Shown here: one piece after another, positions 17,437-26,163 of the stretch
How the letters are laid out: each line of letters starts with the position of its first letter
Numbering within the stretch: position 1 is the stretch's first letter
Origin: Zymomonas mobilis subsp. mobilis ATCC 10988
GTDB taxonomy: Bacteria > Pseudomonadota > Alphaproteobacteria > Sphingomonadales > Sphingomonadaceae
Direction: 5' to 3'
Assembly (NCBI RefSeq): GCF_000175255.2
Contig: NC_017262.1
Span: 60,001 to 92,000, forward strand
DNA length: 32,000 nt
Made by a program: the position numbers and the translations under genes
Notes under the pieces: generated by a model
Databases searched by the model: none
Seen by the model: the letters and a program-made list of their open reading frames with translations, nothing else
Told to the model about the DNA's origin: nothing

Positions 17437-19047
17437 TTGAAAATAGTAAAAACGCTGGCATTAATGGCAGGTCTGTCCACTTTTTTCGCTTTACCCGCCT
17501 ATGCTGACGGTCTGATAGATCAGGTTAACGGTATAACATTTGATAATAAAGGGCATCCTTATCGCTTTAACGGCCTCCAGATTGACCGCGAAGGCAAGGT
17601 TGTCAAACTACTCAGTAAAAATGACAAAAGGCCATCTTCGCCTGATTTTTATCTCAATGGGCAAAATAAAACGCTTATTCCTGGCTTTGTTGAGGCACAT
17701 AGCCATGTCATGGCTTTAGGAGAGCAGGCTTTAGAACTGGATCTTTCCGACAGCCATTCCTTGGCGGAAGCGCAAGAAAAACTGAAAAAATTTGCGGATG
17801 AGCATCCTTCTGCTCGCTGGATTTTAGGCAGCGGTTGGAATGAACAAATATGGCATAGCCCGACCATGCCACAGGCCAGCGATATTGATAAAATCGTGAA
17901 TGACCGTCCTGTTTGGTTGTTGCGTTCTGATGGCGATATCGGATGGGCGAATAGTCTCGCTTTGGAAAAAGCCCAAATCAAACCGGCTCAAAATGCAGAT
18001 AAAAGCAGCCCCATCGGTATCCTGACAGGGGATTCTATCACGCGGATGAAACAGGCCATTCCACCGTTACAGCCGGTTGATCGCGATGCTGCTTTTCTAA
18101 AAGCGCAAAAGATATTTCTCGAACGCGGCATTACCACAGTCACGGATATGGGAAGCTCGGTTGACGACTGGAATATTATGCGCCGTATGGGGGATATGGG
18201 GAGGCTGCGCCTACGAATAAAATCCTATGCCCAAGGATTGGAACCCTTACTATCCATCGCCGGCAAATATCCGACAGCTTTATTATATAATGGTCACCTC
18301 TCGATGAGCGGCGTGACCTTCTCGATTGATGGGAATATCGTTTCGCGTCATGCGTGGCTGAAACAAGCTTATGCCGATAGTAATCAGCAAGGCAGCGATA
18401 ATCTTAACGATGCCAAATTACGCAATCTAATGAGCCGCGCCGCGATGGATGGTTTTCAGGTTGCGGTTCAGGCCTCCGGCGATGCTGCCAATAACCAGCT
18501 TTTAAATGCGATTGATGAATTATCCGAAAGCTATAAAGGCGATCGGCGTTGGCGGATGGAAGATGCCAGCCTTATCGACAGCGAAGATTTTAAACGACTG
18601 TCGAAATATGATTTAGTCGTCTCGATGCAGCCTTCCAGCTATTTTACGGATAAATCCGTGATCGAACAGCGGATAGGCGCGAACCGACTTTCAGAAATAG
18701 AGGCATGGGATACTCTGATTGATCACTCAGTTCCGGTGACCTTCGGGGCTATTTCAGCTTCACCCTTTGAAACGATGGCTGATATTCTTGATCGCCAAGA
18801 CAGTCATCCCGATCAAAAAGACAAAAAGATCAATCGCGAAAGCCTTTTCGCCTATTATACCATTCAACCGGCCTATGCCTCTTTTTCGGAAAAGCAGGTT
18901 GGGCGACTAATGGCGGGTTATTATGCTGATTTTATCTTTGTCGATCGTGACCCGCTGACGGTTGATAACAACGCTTTACGCCAGACCAAAATCTTGGAAA
19001 CATGGGTTGGCGGCCGACAAGCATGGTCACAAAATTCTAACAAATAA
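17437..19047 (+). CDS. Secreted amidohydrolase-family (amidohydrolase 3 / YtcJ-like) metal-dependent hydrolase
   Basis: TTG start, signal peptide, the GFVEAHSHV HxH motif, 536 aa. Confidence 0.7.
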   Translation: MKIVKTLALMAGLSTFFALPAYADGLIDQVNGITFDNKGHPYRFNGLQIDREGKVVKLLSKNDKRPSSPDFYLNGQNKTLIPGFVEAHSHVMALGEQALELDLSDSHSLAEAQEKLKKFADEHPSARWILGSGWNEQIWHSPTMPQASDIDKIVNDRPVWLLRSDGDIGWANSLALEKAQIKPAQNADKSSPIGILTGDSITRMKQAIPPLQPVDRDAAFLKAQKIFLERGITTVTDMGSSVDDWNIMRRMGDMGRLRLRIKSYAQGLEPLLSIAGKYPTALLYNGHLSMSGVTFSIDGNIVSRHAWLKQAYADSNQQGSDNLNDAKLRNLMSRAAMDGFQVAVQASGDAANNQLLNAIDELSESYKGDRRWRMEDASLIDSEDFKRLSKYDLVVSMQPSSYFTDKSVIEQRIGANRLSEIEAWDTLIDHSVPVTFGAISASPFETMADILDRQDSHPDQKDKKINRESLFAYYTIQPAYASFSEKQVGRLMAGYYADFIFVDRDPLTVDNNALRQTKILETWVGGRQAWSQNSNK

Positions 19048-19056
19048 AAGGCAAGG

Positions 19057-19083
19057 ATGCTGCCAATATCAAATTGGCAGCAT
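19057..19083. terminator. Hairpin between convergent genes (probable bidirectional terminator)
   Basis: 11-bp stem ATGCTGCCAAT / ATTGGCAGCAT with a 5-nt loop. Confidence 0.5.
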
Positions 19084-19096
19084 ATCTTTACAGGCT

Positions 19097-20506
19097 TTAT
19101 TTTAAACCAACCGTGATACGCGTATCAGGCTTCAATGCCTCGGTAGAGGTCACCGGATAAGCACAATAATCCGCAGCAAAATAAGCGCTTGGACGATGGT
19201 TGCCGGATAAACCGACCCCACCAAAGGGAGCCGTTGATGGCGCGCCATTGGTAGGACGGTTCCAGTTAATAACACCCGCCCGCACTTCATCACGGAAGCG
19301 CATAAAATCTTCTGGGGAATCATCGACCAAAGCCGCCGACAATCCAAATCGGGTATTATTGGCTTCTTTAATGGCAGCCTCAAAATCGGATACGCGAATA
19401 ACTTTCAAGACAGGCGCAAAGATTTCTTCATCCACCTTGTCGGCACAATCGGTCATATCTAACAGGGCAGGGGTCAAAAAAGGCTTGTCTTGCTCAAGAC
19501 GCTGTAACGGATGGAGTATTTTGGCACCATTCGCAACCAGATCATTATAGGCTTTTTCAGCATGATCGGCGGCGGCATTGTCAATCACTGATCCCATAAA
19601 AGGCTGGGGATCAGCAAAAGGCTGGTCAATAATCAACCGCCCAATTAACCGCTGAATAGCGTCTAATAAAGGCTGATGTTTGCCATCCTCTACAATCAAC
19701 CGGCGCGCACAGGTGCAACGCTGCCCCGCTGATAAATAAGCGGATTGAACAGCAATAGCCGCTGCGGATTCAATATCCTCGCTATTCCAGATTACCAGCG
19801 GATTGTTCCCGCCCATTTCCAAGGCCAAAATCCGCCCGGGATTTTCGGCAAAAACGCGGCTTAAAGCAACGCCGCCTTGCGAAGATCCGGTAAATAACAA
19901 GCCATCAATACCATTATGGCGGCTCAAGGCTTCACCTTCAGCCCGTCCACCAATCAGTAATTGAACGACCTCTTTTGGCACACCGGCTTCATGATAACAT
20001 TGCACCAGAAATTCGCCGGAGGCAGGCGTTTTTTCCGATGGTTTGAAAATAATGACATTACCGGCAATCAAGGCCGGAACAATATGACCATTTGGCAGAT
20101 GTGCCGGAAAATTAAACGGGCCTAATACCGCCAAAACACCATGCGGCTTATAACTAATTCCGCTTTTAATATTGGGCGCGATATCCGGCAAAGCGACTGG
20201 ATAACTGCGGTCTTTATAGGCGAGAATAGATATATCGACCTTATTGGCAACGATCTGGGCTTCGGTTTTCGCTTCCCAAAAAGGTTTACCGGTTTCTCTC
20301 GCGATAATACTGCCGAAAATATCAGCTTTTTCGCGAATAATCGCGGCAAAACGTTCTAAAATAACAATCCGGTCTTCTAAAGCCGTTTTCGCCCATCCGC
20401 TCAAAACAGAACGGGCGCGGCTGACGGCTTGATCAACATCCCCCACTGAACCTTGCCATAGTATTTGACCCGTCACTGGATCAGTCGAAATAATCATCTC
20501 TGACAT
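19097..20506 (-). CDS. astD: NAD-dependent aldehyde dehydrogenase, succinylglutamate-semialdehyde dehydrogenase (AstD)-like
   Basis: There are long stretches that I recall matching E. coli AstD: ARETGKP.WEA, HGVLAV.GP.NFP.HLPNGHIVPAL.AGN.IIFKPSE, ILALEMGGNNPL, GQRCTCARRL and GNHRPSA. GAGGGGAT precedes the ATG at 20506. Confidence 0.7.
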   Translation of the reverse strand: MSEMIISTDPVTGQILWQGSVGDVDQAVSRARSVLSGWAKTALEDRIVILERFAAIIREKADIFGSIIARETGKPFWEAKTEAQIVANKVDISILAYKDRSYPVALPDIAPNIKSGISYKPHGVLAVLGPFNFPAHLPNGHIVPALIAGNVIIFKPSEKTPASGEFLVQCYHEAGVPKEVVQLLIGGRAEGEALSRHNGIDGLLFTGSSQGGVALSRVFAENPGRILALEMGGNNPLVIWNSEDIESAAAIAVQSAYLSAGQRCTCARRLIVEDGKHQPLLDAIQRLIGRLIIDQPFADPQPFMGSVIDNAAADHAEKAYNDLVANGAKILHPLQRLEQDKPFLTPALLDMTDCADKVDEEIFAPVLKVIRVSDFEAAIKEANNTRFGLSAALVDDSPEDFMRFRDEVRAGVINWNRPTNGAPSTAPFGGVGLSGNHRPSAYFAADYCAYPVTSTEALKPDTRITVGLK

Positions 20507-20738
20507 TTTATATCCCCTCTTCCTCATTTTTTCTTAAAAGCCTTGCTCTTTACTGAAAAGAACGCTCGAATGCTTTTGTTCAGGCTATCGCAAAGCAGAA
20601 AATCAGACAATCAATAAAGCTTTGGATTTATTCCGGAGTAAACAACGATAATAAATTTTAGGAAGGATGATTGTTTTTCGCGACTGGCCACCCCATCATT
20701 CATCTTGCCTGCCCAAGGCGTAAAGTTTCCCTAACGGC

Positions 20739-21605
20739 ATGGAAAGCAAAGATGATTTGCCCAAAGGTCGTGAAAACAGACAAAAAGATAGTGTTATGAC
20801 GAATTTGCTCGATCCAGATGCCCGAGGGCGGGTTATTCTTGTGGGTGCCGGCCCCGGCAACCCCGAACTACTGACCTTGCGTGCTGTTGAGGTGCTTCGG
20901 CAAGCGGATGTTGTAGTCTATGATGCGGAAATAGACGAAGGTATTCTTACCTATATTCCGAAAACGGCACAGGCAATTTCGGTCTGTTCCGAGAGTGAAG
21001 GGGAAAAGAACGAACGGCAACCTTTAACACAGGGCGAAATTAACGCTTTGGTAATCGCGCATGTCCGAACCGGTTCGATTGTGGTTCGCCTGAAAGGGGG
21101 TGACCCTTTTGTTTTCGGTCGGGGCGGGGAAGAGGTTGAGGCTGTTCGGGCAGCCGGTATGCCGGTGGAAGTGGTGCCGGGGGTTTCTGCGGCTTTGGGT
21201 TGTGCGGCTGATGCGATGTTGCCGCTGACTCATCGGGGCTTATCGGATGTCGTCAGCTTTGTTTCCACACCGGAACAGGAAACCGCTTCTTCGGTGAATT
21301 GGAAAGGCCTTGCTGGATCGGGGCATACCTTGGTCGTTTATATGGACATCAAAAAAGCGCGTTTTATCACGCAATGCTTGATCCATGAAGGCATAGACAG
21401 CCATATCCCCGTTGTAATTATCGAGCGCGGGACGTGCAAGGACAGCCGTATTATACGCTCTGTGCTTATCAATCTTGAAAATACGATTCAAAATGAAAAA
21501 GTTGTCGGGCCCGCTATTTTAATCGTCGGGGATGTCGCTTTATTCGCTAAACCCAAAAATACACTGCATCAGGATTACGAAGAACTGGACGCTATGGCCG
21601 ATTAA
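20739..21605 (+). CDS. cobA: Uroporphyrinogen-III C-methyltransferase
   Basis: VILVGAGPGNPELLTLRAVEVLRQADVVVYD and VRLKGGDPFVFGRGGEE motifs. The probable true start is at 20796. Confidence 0.85.
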   Translation: MESKDDLPKGRENRQKDSVMTNLLDPDARGRVILVGAGPGNPELLTLRAVEVLRQADVVVYDAEIDEGILTYIPKTAQAISVCSESEGEKNERQPLTQGEINALVIAHVRTGSIVVRLKGGDPFVFGRGGEEVEAVRAAGMPVEVVPGVSAALGCAADAMLPLTHRGLSDVVSFVSTPEQETASSVNWKGLAGSGHTLVVYMDIKKARFITQCLIHEGIDSHIPVVIIERGTCKDSRIIRSVLINLENTIQNEKVVGPAILIVGDVALFAKPKNTLHQDYEELDAMAD

Positions 21606-21677
21606 CGGCTTTTTCTTTTATCAGAAAATCAGACGTTAACGCCTTTATTTAAAATTCAAAATAACGCTGCAATTGAT

Positions 21678-21718
21678 AAAAAATCTTCCGGCCAAGTCTT
21701 TTGACCGGAAGATTTTTT
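21678..21718. terminator. Bidirectional rho-independent terminator between cobA and spt
   Basis: Perfect 14-bp stem AAAAAATCTTCCGG / CCGGAAGATTTTTT, with A-run and T-run flanks. Confidence 0.8.
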
Positions 21719-21734
21719 AATATCACAAAGGAAC

Positions 21735-22946
21735 TCAGGCCGCCAAAACGCCAGTTGCTTGACCGGCTTTTTTAAACATCGCCAGAATTTCAGTGACATC
21801 ATCGTCGCTATGCTCGGCACAAAGCGAACAACGCAGCAAGAACATACCGGCAGGCGTTGCCGGTGGGCGTGCCAGATTGACATAAAGACCCAGCTCAAGC
21901 AGATTTTGCCACATGGCAACGGCTTGTTCCTGATCCGGCAGGATGACCGCAATAATTGCAGATTGAGCTGTTTCCGTTCCCAGATTGAAACCCATTTCCT
22001 TCAGGCCGCTATGCAAACGACGGGAGTTCTTCCAAAGATGTTCCCGCTTGTCATTGGCCTTTTGAAGTTTGCGGATAGAAGCCTCTGCGGTAGCGACCAC
22101 ACTTGGCGGCAAAGACGCCGTAAAGACATAAGGACGGCATACCAATCGCAGCACTTCAAATTGAGGATGGTTGGAAACACAGAAACCGCCAACAGTGCCA
22201 ACAGATTTTGAAAAAGTGCCGACGATAAAGTCAATCTGACCTTCAAGCCCCAATTCTTCAAAGACACCACGGCCGTTTTTCCCAAAGAATCCCATACCAT
22301 GGGCTTCATCATCAAGAATCAAGGCATCGTGCTTTTTGGCGATGGCAACCATCTCTGCCAAAGGCGCAATATCGCCCAGCATTGAATAAACGCCTTCCAA
22401 AACAACGAGTTTGCCTGCTTCTTTGGGTAAACGGGCAAGACGACGATCAAGATCTTCGGGAGAATTGTGACGAAAACGGATGATTTCCGCATTGCCAAGA
22501 CGGCAGCCATCATAAATCGAAGCATGGCTATCGGCGTCGATAATGACATATTCGCCTTTACCCGCCAAAGTTGAAATCATACCAAGATTGGCCTGATATC
22601 CGGTTGAAAAGACCATGGCATGTTCCATACCGTAATAGTCTTTCAAGGCTTCTTCACAGGCCTTATGCCCCTGATAGGTGCCATTTAAAACGCGAGAACC
22701 GGTGGTGCCTGCGCCGAATTCTTTTAATGCCTTTTCACCGGCAGCAATAACGTCGGGGTCAAAAGTCATCCCCATATAGTTATAGGTGCCAAGCAGGATA
22801 ACCGGCTTCCCTTTAATAATGGCCTTTGTCGGGGATAATACCTTTTCCATCACCACGGCAAAAGGATCACGGCCGCCATGACTTAACATTTCCTTACGGA
22901 TAGCAATCAGCGGGTCAAATTTTGAAAAAAGATCAGTCACCTGCAC
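21735..22946 (-). CDS. spt: Serine palmitoyltransferase (alpha-oxoamine synthase family)
   Basis: It is near-colinear with Sphingomonas SPT as I recall it: LLGTYNYMGMTFDPDVIAAG, GEYVI.DADSHASIYDG, LVVLEGVYSMLGDIAPL, and GTFSKSVGTVGGF with the PLP lysine. Confidence 0.9.
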   Translation of the reverse strand: MQVTDLFSKFDPLIAIRKEMLSHGGRDPFAVVMEKVLSPTKAIIKGKPVILLGTYNYMGMTFDPDVIAAGEKALKEFGAGTTGSRVLNGTYQGHKACEEALKDYYGMEHAMVFSTGYQANLGMISTLAGKGEYVIIDADSHASIYDGCRLGNAEIIRFRHNSPEDLDRRLARLPKEAGKLVVLEGVYSMLGDIAPLAEMVAIAKKHDALILDDEAHGMGFFGKNGRGVFEELGLEGQIDFIVGTFSKSVGTVGGFCVSNHPQFEVLRLVCRPYVFTASLPPSVVATAEASIRKLQKANDKREHLWKNSRRLHSGLKEMGFNLGTETAQSAIIAVILPDQEQAVAMWQNLLELGLYVNLARPPATPAGMFLLRCSLCAEHSDDDVTEILAMFKKAGQATGVLAA

Positions 22947-23007
22947 ATACTTTCAATTCTTATTCTTTTCAGACGGTATCAACCGCCTATCTCTTTGGGA
23001 ATATCGA

Positions 23008-23280
23008 TTATTTTTCGTTTACCAGCTTTTCAATTACCGCCACAAGCTGGCCGACAGTTTCAATTTCAGCCTGTAAATTCATCGAAATCGAAATATCGAA
23101 CTCATCTTCAACGGCAGCAACGAAATCCATAACCGTCAAACTGTCCCATTCAAGGCCAGTCGCAAAGCTGGTCTCTTCGGTCAAAGGAACCGCTTTTTTG
23201 TTGAACGGTTCGATAAGCGCGACAGTCTGCTGCCAAATAGCCTTATTTTCAGTCATAATTGATATCCCTTCACTCAACAA
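23008..23280 (-). CDS. SPT-associated acyl carrier protein
   Basis: 90 aa with GLEWDSLTVMDFVAAVEDEFD (DSL phosphopantetheine site). It lies immediately upstream of spt on the same strand. Confidence 0.75.
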   Translation of the reverse strand: MLSEGISIMTENKAIWQQTVALIEPFNKKAVPLTEETSFATGLEWDSLTVMDFVAAVEDEFDISISMNLQAEIETVGQLVAVIEKLVNEK

Positions 23281-23497
23281 AAGCGCATTTGTTACGTAAT
23301 TAAAGGTATTAAACTAAAATATTTTTTTTTCCTGTCTTTATTCGGGAAAAACAGCACCCCCATGGGTATGCTCCACATATAAGGCGCTAACATGGGCAAA
23401 AATATGTCTCCGTTATGGAGTTGGTTAATCTAGGAATGCTCCGCTTTGACAGAGAAGATAGCCTACAGACATCGACATCACGAGTAATAGCGAGAGC

Positions 23498-24541
23498 ATG
23501 TCTAAACAGGGAGTATACGCGATGGTGGGACTGGAAAAATCCGCAAGCACCAATCCTTCTTTCTATAATCTGGGCAATGTGCAAAAGAGCCAAGGCGCTT
23601 TGCTTTATAAAACGGCGCCCCAGATTTTGGTGATTGCCTCGGATGCCGAGCGGCAAACGGAATTAGAAAATTCCGTTACCCATATGGGTTTTACAACCCG
23701 TATGTTTCCGATGGATGAAGCGGTAGAAGTTTTGCGAAATGGCATGGCGGGGGATGCTATTTTGCTTGATATGACATCGCTTCAAGATGAAAAACTAGCC
23801 GATGAACTGATGGATGCGGTTCTTGCCAGATTGTCTTATGACGTTATCGGGGTGGTTTTGAATATCCCCTTGGCGTTTATCGATATGGCCTATAACCGTT
23901 TCTTTGAAACGGATGTACAGTTACTGGTCGGCGGCGATGAAAAAAGTTGGCTCCCTGCTTTAAAAAAGGCGGTTCGTCCTCTTTCTTTAACTCTGCATGA
24001 TGTGGTTTCCGACACAAGAAGACCACCGTTAAAAACGATCAGCGAAGAAGTCAGCCGCATTGCCAGAATGCTGGAATCATTATCCAGTGAAGAAAATGCC
24101 AAGATGAATTACGCGCTGCCCTCTTCTTTTAACGGGGAAAGCCGTAGCAATGGGGTTGTCACGACCGAAGCACAACCCGAACAAAAGAAGATCAATATCA
24201 ATGCCGCTGTGGTTCGGGCTATCATCCGTTCACGCCGCTTGCGGGATCAGTATTTCTCGGCTTCGCTTTTCGCGGATCCGGCTTGGGATATGCTGCTAGA
24301 CCTGACGGCTGCCCGATTAGAAGGCCGCCAAGTCTCGGTTTCCAGCTTGTGTATCGCTTCCGCCGTGCCGCCAACCACAGCCTTGCGCTGGATCAAATCA
24401 TTGACGGAAGAAAAAATCTTCGTCCGTATCGCCGATCCTCGCGATGGCCGCCGCGTCTTTATCCAGCTGTCAGATATGGCGATGGATGCCATGATTCCTT
24501 ATCTTGCTGCCTCAATCAGCCTTGTCATGCGCGCGCTTTAA
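23498..24541 (+). CDS. Hypothetical regulator with a receiver-like N-terminal region and a MarR-like winged-helix C-terminus
   Basis: N-terminal ILVIASDAERQ...DAILLDM has a CheY-like strand pattern. The C-terminal part is ADPAWDMLLDLTAARLEGRQVSVSSLCIASAVPPTTALRWIKSLTEEKIFVRIADPRDGRRVFIQLS. It is divergent from acp-spt. Confidence 0.5.
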   Translation: MSKQGVYAMVGLEKSASTNPSFYNLGNVQKSQGALLYKTAPQILVIASDAERQTELENSVTHMGFTTRMFPMDEAVEVLRNGMAGDAILLDMTSLQDEKLADELMDAVLARLSYDVIGVVLNIPLAFIDMAYNRFFETDVQLLVGGDEKSWLPALKKAVRPLSLTLHDVVSDTRRPPLKTISEEVSRIARMLESLSSEENAKMNYALPSSFNGESRSNGVVTTEAQPEQKKININAAVVRAIIRSRRLRDQYFSASLFADPAWDMLLDLTAARLEGRQVSVSSLCIASAVPPTTALRWIKSLTEEKIFVRIADPRDGRRVFIQLSDMAMDAMIPYLAASISLVMRAL

Positions 24542-24566
24542 AATAACCTATAAAACTCTACCCACT

Positions 24567-24596
24567 AAAAAAGCCCGCATGATGCGGGCTTTTTTA
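24567..24596. terminator. Bidirectional rho-independent terminator
   Basis: AAAAAAGCCCGCAT-G-ATGCGGGCTTTTTT. It serves the plus-strand regulator gene and the reconstructed minus-strand HEPN-like gene. Confidence 0.8.
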
Positions 24597-24601
24597 TAAA
24601 A

Positions 24602-24679
24602 TCATTGTAGATCTGCATCTCTAATTTCAAAGGGTCTAAGTGCGTCCTTAATATTCTTTATAAGGTGTTGATGGCCCTC
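24602..24679 (-). pseudogene. 3' remnant (25 codons plus stop) of the IS-split HEPN-like gene
   Basis: After removing the IS and one copy of the duplicated TA, the frame continues ...KPEWIL-EGHQHLIKNIKDALRPFEIRDADLQ* to the TGA (24602-24604). The terminator lies directly downstream. Confidence 0.55.
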
Positions 24680-25457
24680 TAGGTTTTGTTGACAAAGGAA
24701 GGTAACCACAATTTTACGGCCGCGAGATGAAGGAAGGCGAGAAAAGATTTTCTGGTTTTGTCATAGCGTGTGGCAATGCGCCTGAACTGCTTTAGCTTAT
24801 TAAACATCCGCTCAATACGATTACGATCTTTGTAGTGCTGGAGATTATAAGGAATAGGCTTTTTTCGATTGGAACGAGGCGGGATAACAGGAAGAATGCC
24901 TCGAAAAAGCAGTTTTTCGCGTAACCTATCGCTATCATATCCTTTATCAGCGAGAAAACAGTGGGGTGTTGTGACAGGGATATCTATCAAGCTATCAGCG
25001 CCAGAATAATCAGAGACCTCACCACCGGTTAGTGCGAAAGCTAGAGGGCGGCCTTGACCATCGGAACGGGCGTGGATCTTGCTCGTAAAGCCTCCGCGAC
25101 TGCGACCAAAGCCTTCCTTATACGTCCCCCTTTTGCGCCAGCCGCTTGGCTGTGGGCGCGAATAATCGTACTATCTATCATATGTTGCCAGTCATCTGTC
25201 AGGCCAAGGTCAACGAGAGTTTCAAGAAGAGCGTCCCACACACCCTGTTCTGCCCACCTACGAAACCGAACATAGACCGAATTCCATTTCCCATAACGTT
25301 CATGCATATCTCGCCACGGGCAGCCTGTTCGAAGCACATAAAGCATACCATTGAGAAATAACCGATTACTTTTGGCGGGACGCGCGCAGCGGCCTCGTTC
25401 GCTTGGAAGAAGACCCTGTATTATCTCCCACTCCGCGTCCGTCAGATCTCCTCGCAT
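24679..25457 (-). CDS. IS5-family DDE transposase, orfA plus orfB joined by a probable programmed -1 frameshift
   Basis: orfA is 25041..25457 (DUF4096-like N-terminus). The -1 frame is open from the GCAAAAGGGGGA run (25125-25136) and reads RKRGTYKEGFGRSRGGFTSKIHARSDGQGRPLAFALTGGEVSDY...ADKGYDSD...YKDRNRIERMFNKLKQFRRIATRYDK. The stop TAG lies in the terminal CTAG. Confidence 0.85.
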
Positions 25458-25533
25458 CCTATCTACCCTACAAAACTTGTTCTCAAGTTATCTCTAAAAA
25501 TCTTAAATTATACCCTTTGTCAACAGAACCTAG
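24679..25533 (-). mobile_element. Complete IS5-family (IS427-group-like) insertion sequence, ~855 bp
   Basis: The terminal inverted repeats CTAGGTTTTGTTGACAAAGG (24679-24698) and CCTTTGTCAACAGAACCTAG (25514-25533) match at 19 of 20 positions. CTAG is present at both junctions, consistent with a TA duplication in a CTAG target. It holds a two-frame transposase. Confidence 0.9.
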
Positions 25534-26163
25534 TATCCACTCTGGTTTAATTCCAATTTTTTGAGCTAATTTTTTGATAGGTTCAGGCATAACTTTATTT
25601 TGGTCAATAGATAGCTTATACTCTTCTTCAGAAGATTTCGTGTCGATATCTGATTCAAATATTCCATTCTTATCCAAAAAAGAAAACATTATACTACAGA
25701 TAGTACTCTCACATTTTCTGATAATATCTAAAAGATACTTTGCAAAACTTTTATAGCTTTTGCTACCCAATCGATTGGGTATTTTTTCTGGTGCTATAAT
25801 TAAAACAAAATTATTTTTAATATGAGCATTTGCGGTGATATCTAATCCGCGATGAACAATAGCATTTCGGATTTCATGTATATATAAATAATTAGATTTT
25901 CCATCTGGAAAATCTTCAAATGAAAACTGAGAGTGCAATGTTTTTTGTAAATCATCATCTTTAAATTTTTTTTGCTCAAAGATAAGATCTACTGCTGAAA
26001 TCAAATTTATAAAATAATTAGAATAGTGAATCCTCATATCTATACAATCACCTGTAGAAAGAGGCGTTCGAAATTTTAAGGCTGTACGAAGTGCTGTCTT
26101 TCTAGCTGTCATATACCATAAGAATGATTGTAATATTTTTTGATCTTCGCTGCTTAAAACCAT
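25534..26163 (-). pseudogene. 5' part (210 codons) of a lone HEPN-like (RNxxxH motif) protein gene, interrupted by the IS
   Basis: The ORF-track protein (226 aa) runs into the IS after ...IGIKPEWI. It contains YIHEIRNAIVHRGLD (R-N-x3-H). The gene is about 30 percent GC by eye and has a strong SD, AGGAGA. Confidence 0.5.

Noticed and set aside
20528-20795. Possible cobalamin riboswitch upstream of cobA
   Set aside because: I could find no convincing B12-box or conserved helices. The spacer is short and unstructured by eye.
22922-23299. 125-aa plus-strand ORF
   Set aside because: It is antisense to the ACP gene and the spt start, so it is a shadow ORF.
1-25533. Composite transposon formed by the two direct IS copies
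   Set aside because: The 24.3-kb interior is essential, normal-GC backbone (acpP, fabF, mltG, ilvA, spt). Each IS also looks like an independent simple insertion into its own target gene.
366-26163. IS-mediated rearrangement that once joined the PRTase/SLOG islet and the HEPN islet into one locus
   Set aside because: Both islets lie on the same (right) side of same-orientation IS copies. The HEPN ORF also continues in frame across its IS into the left flank, which argues for a simple insertion rather than recombination between copies.
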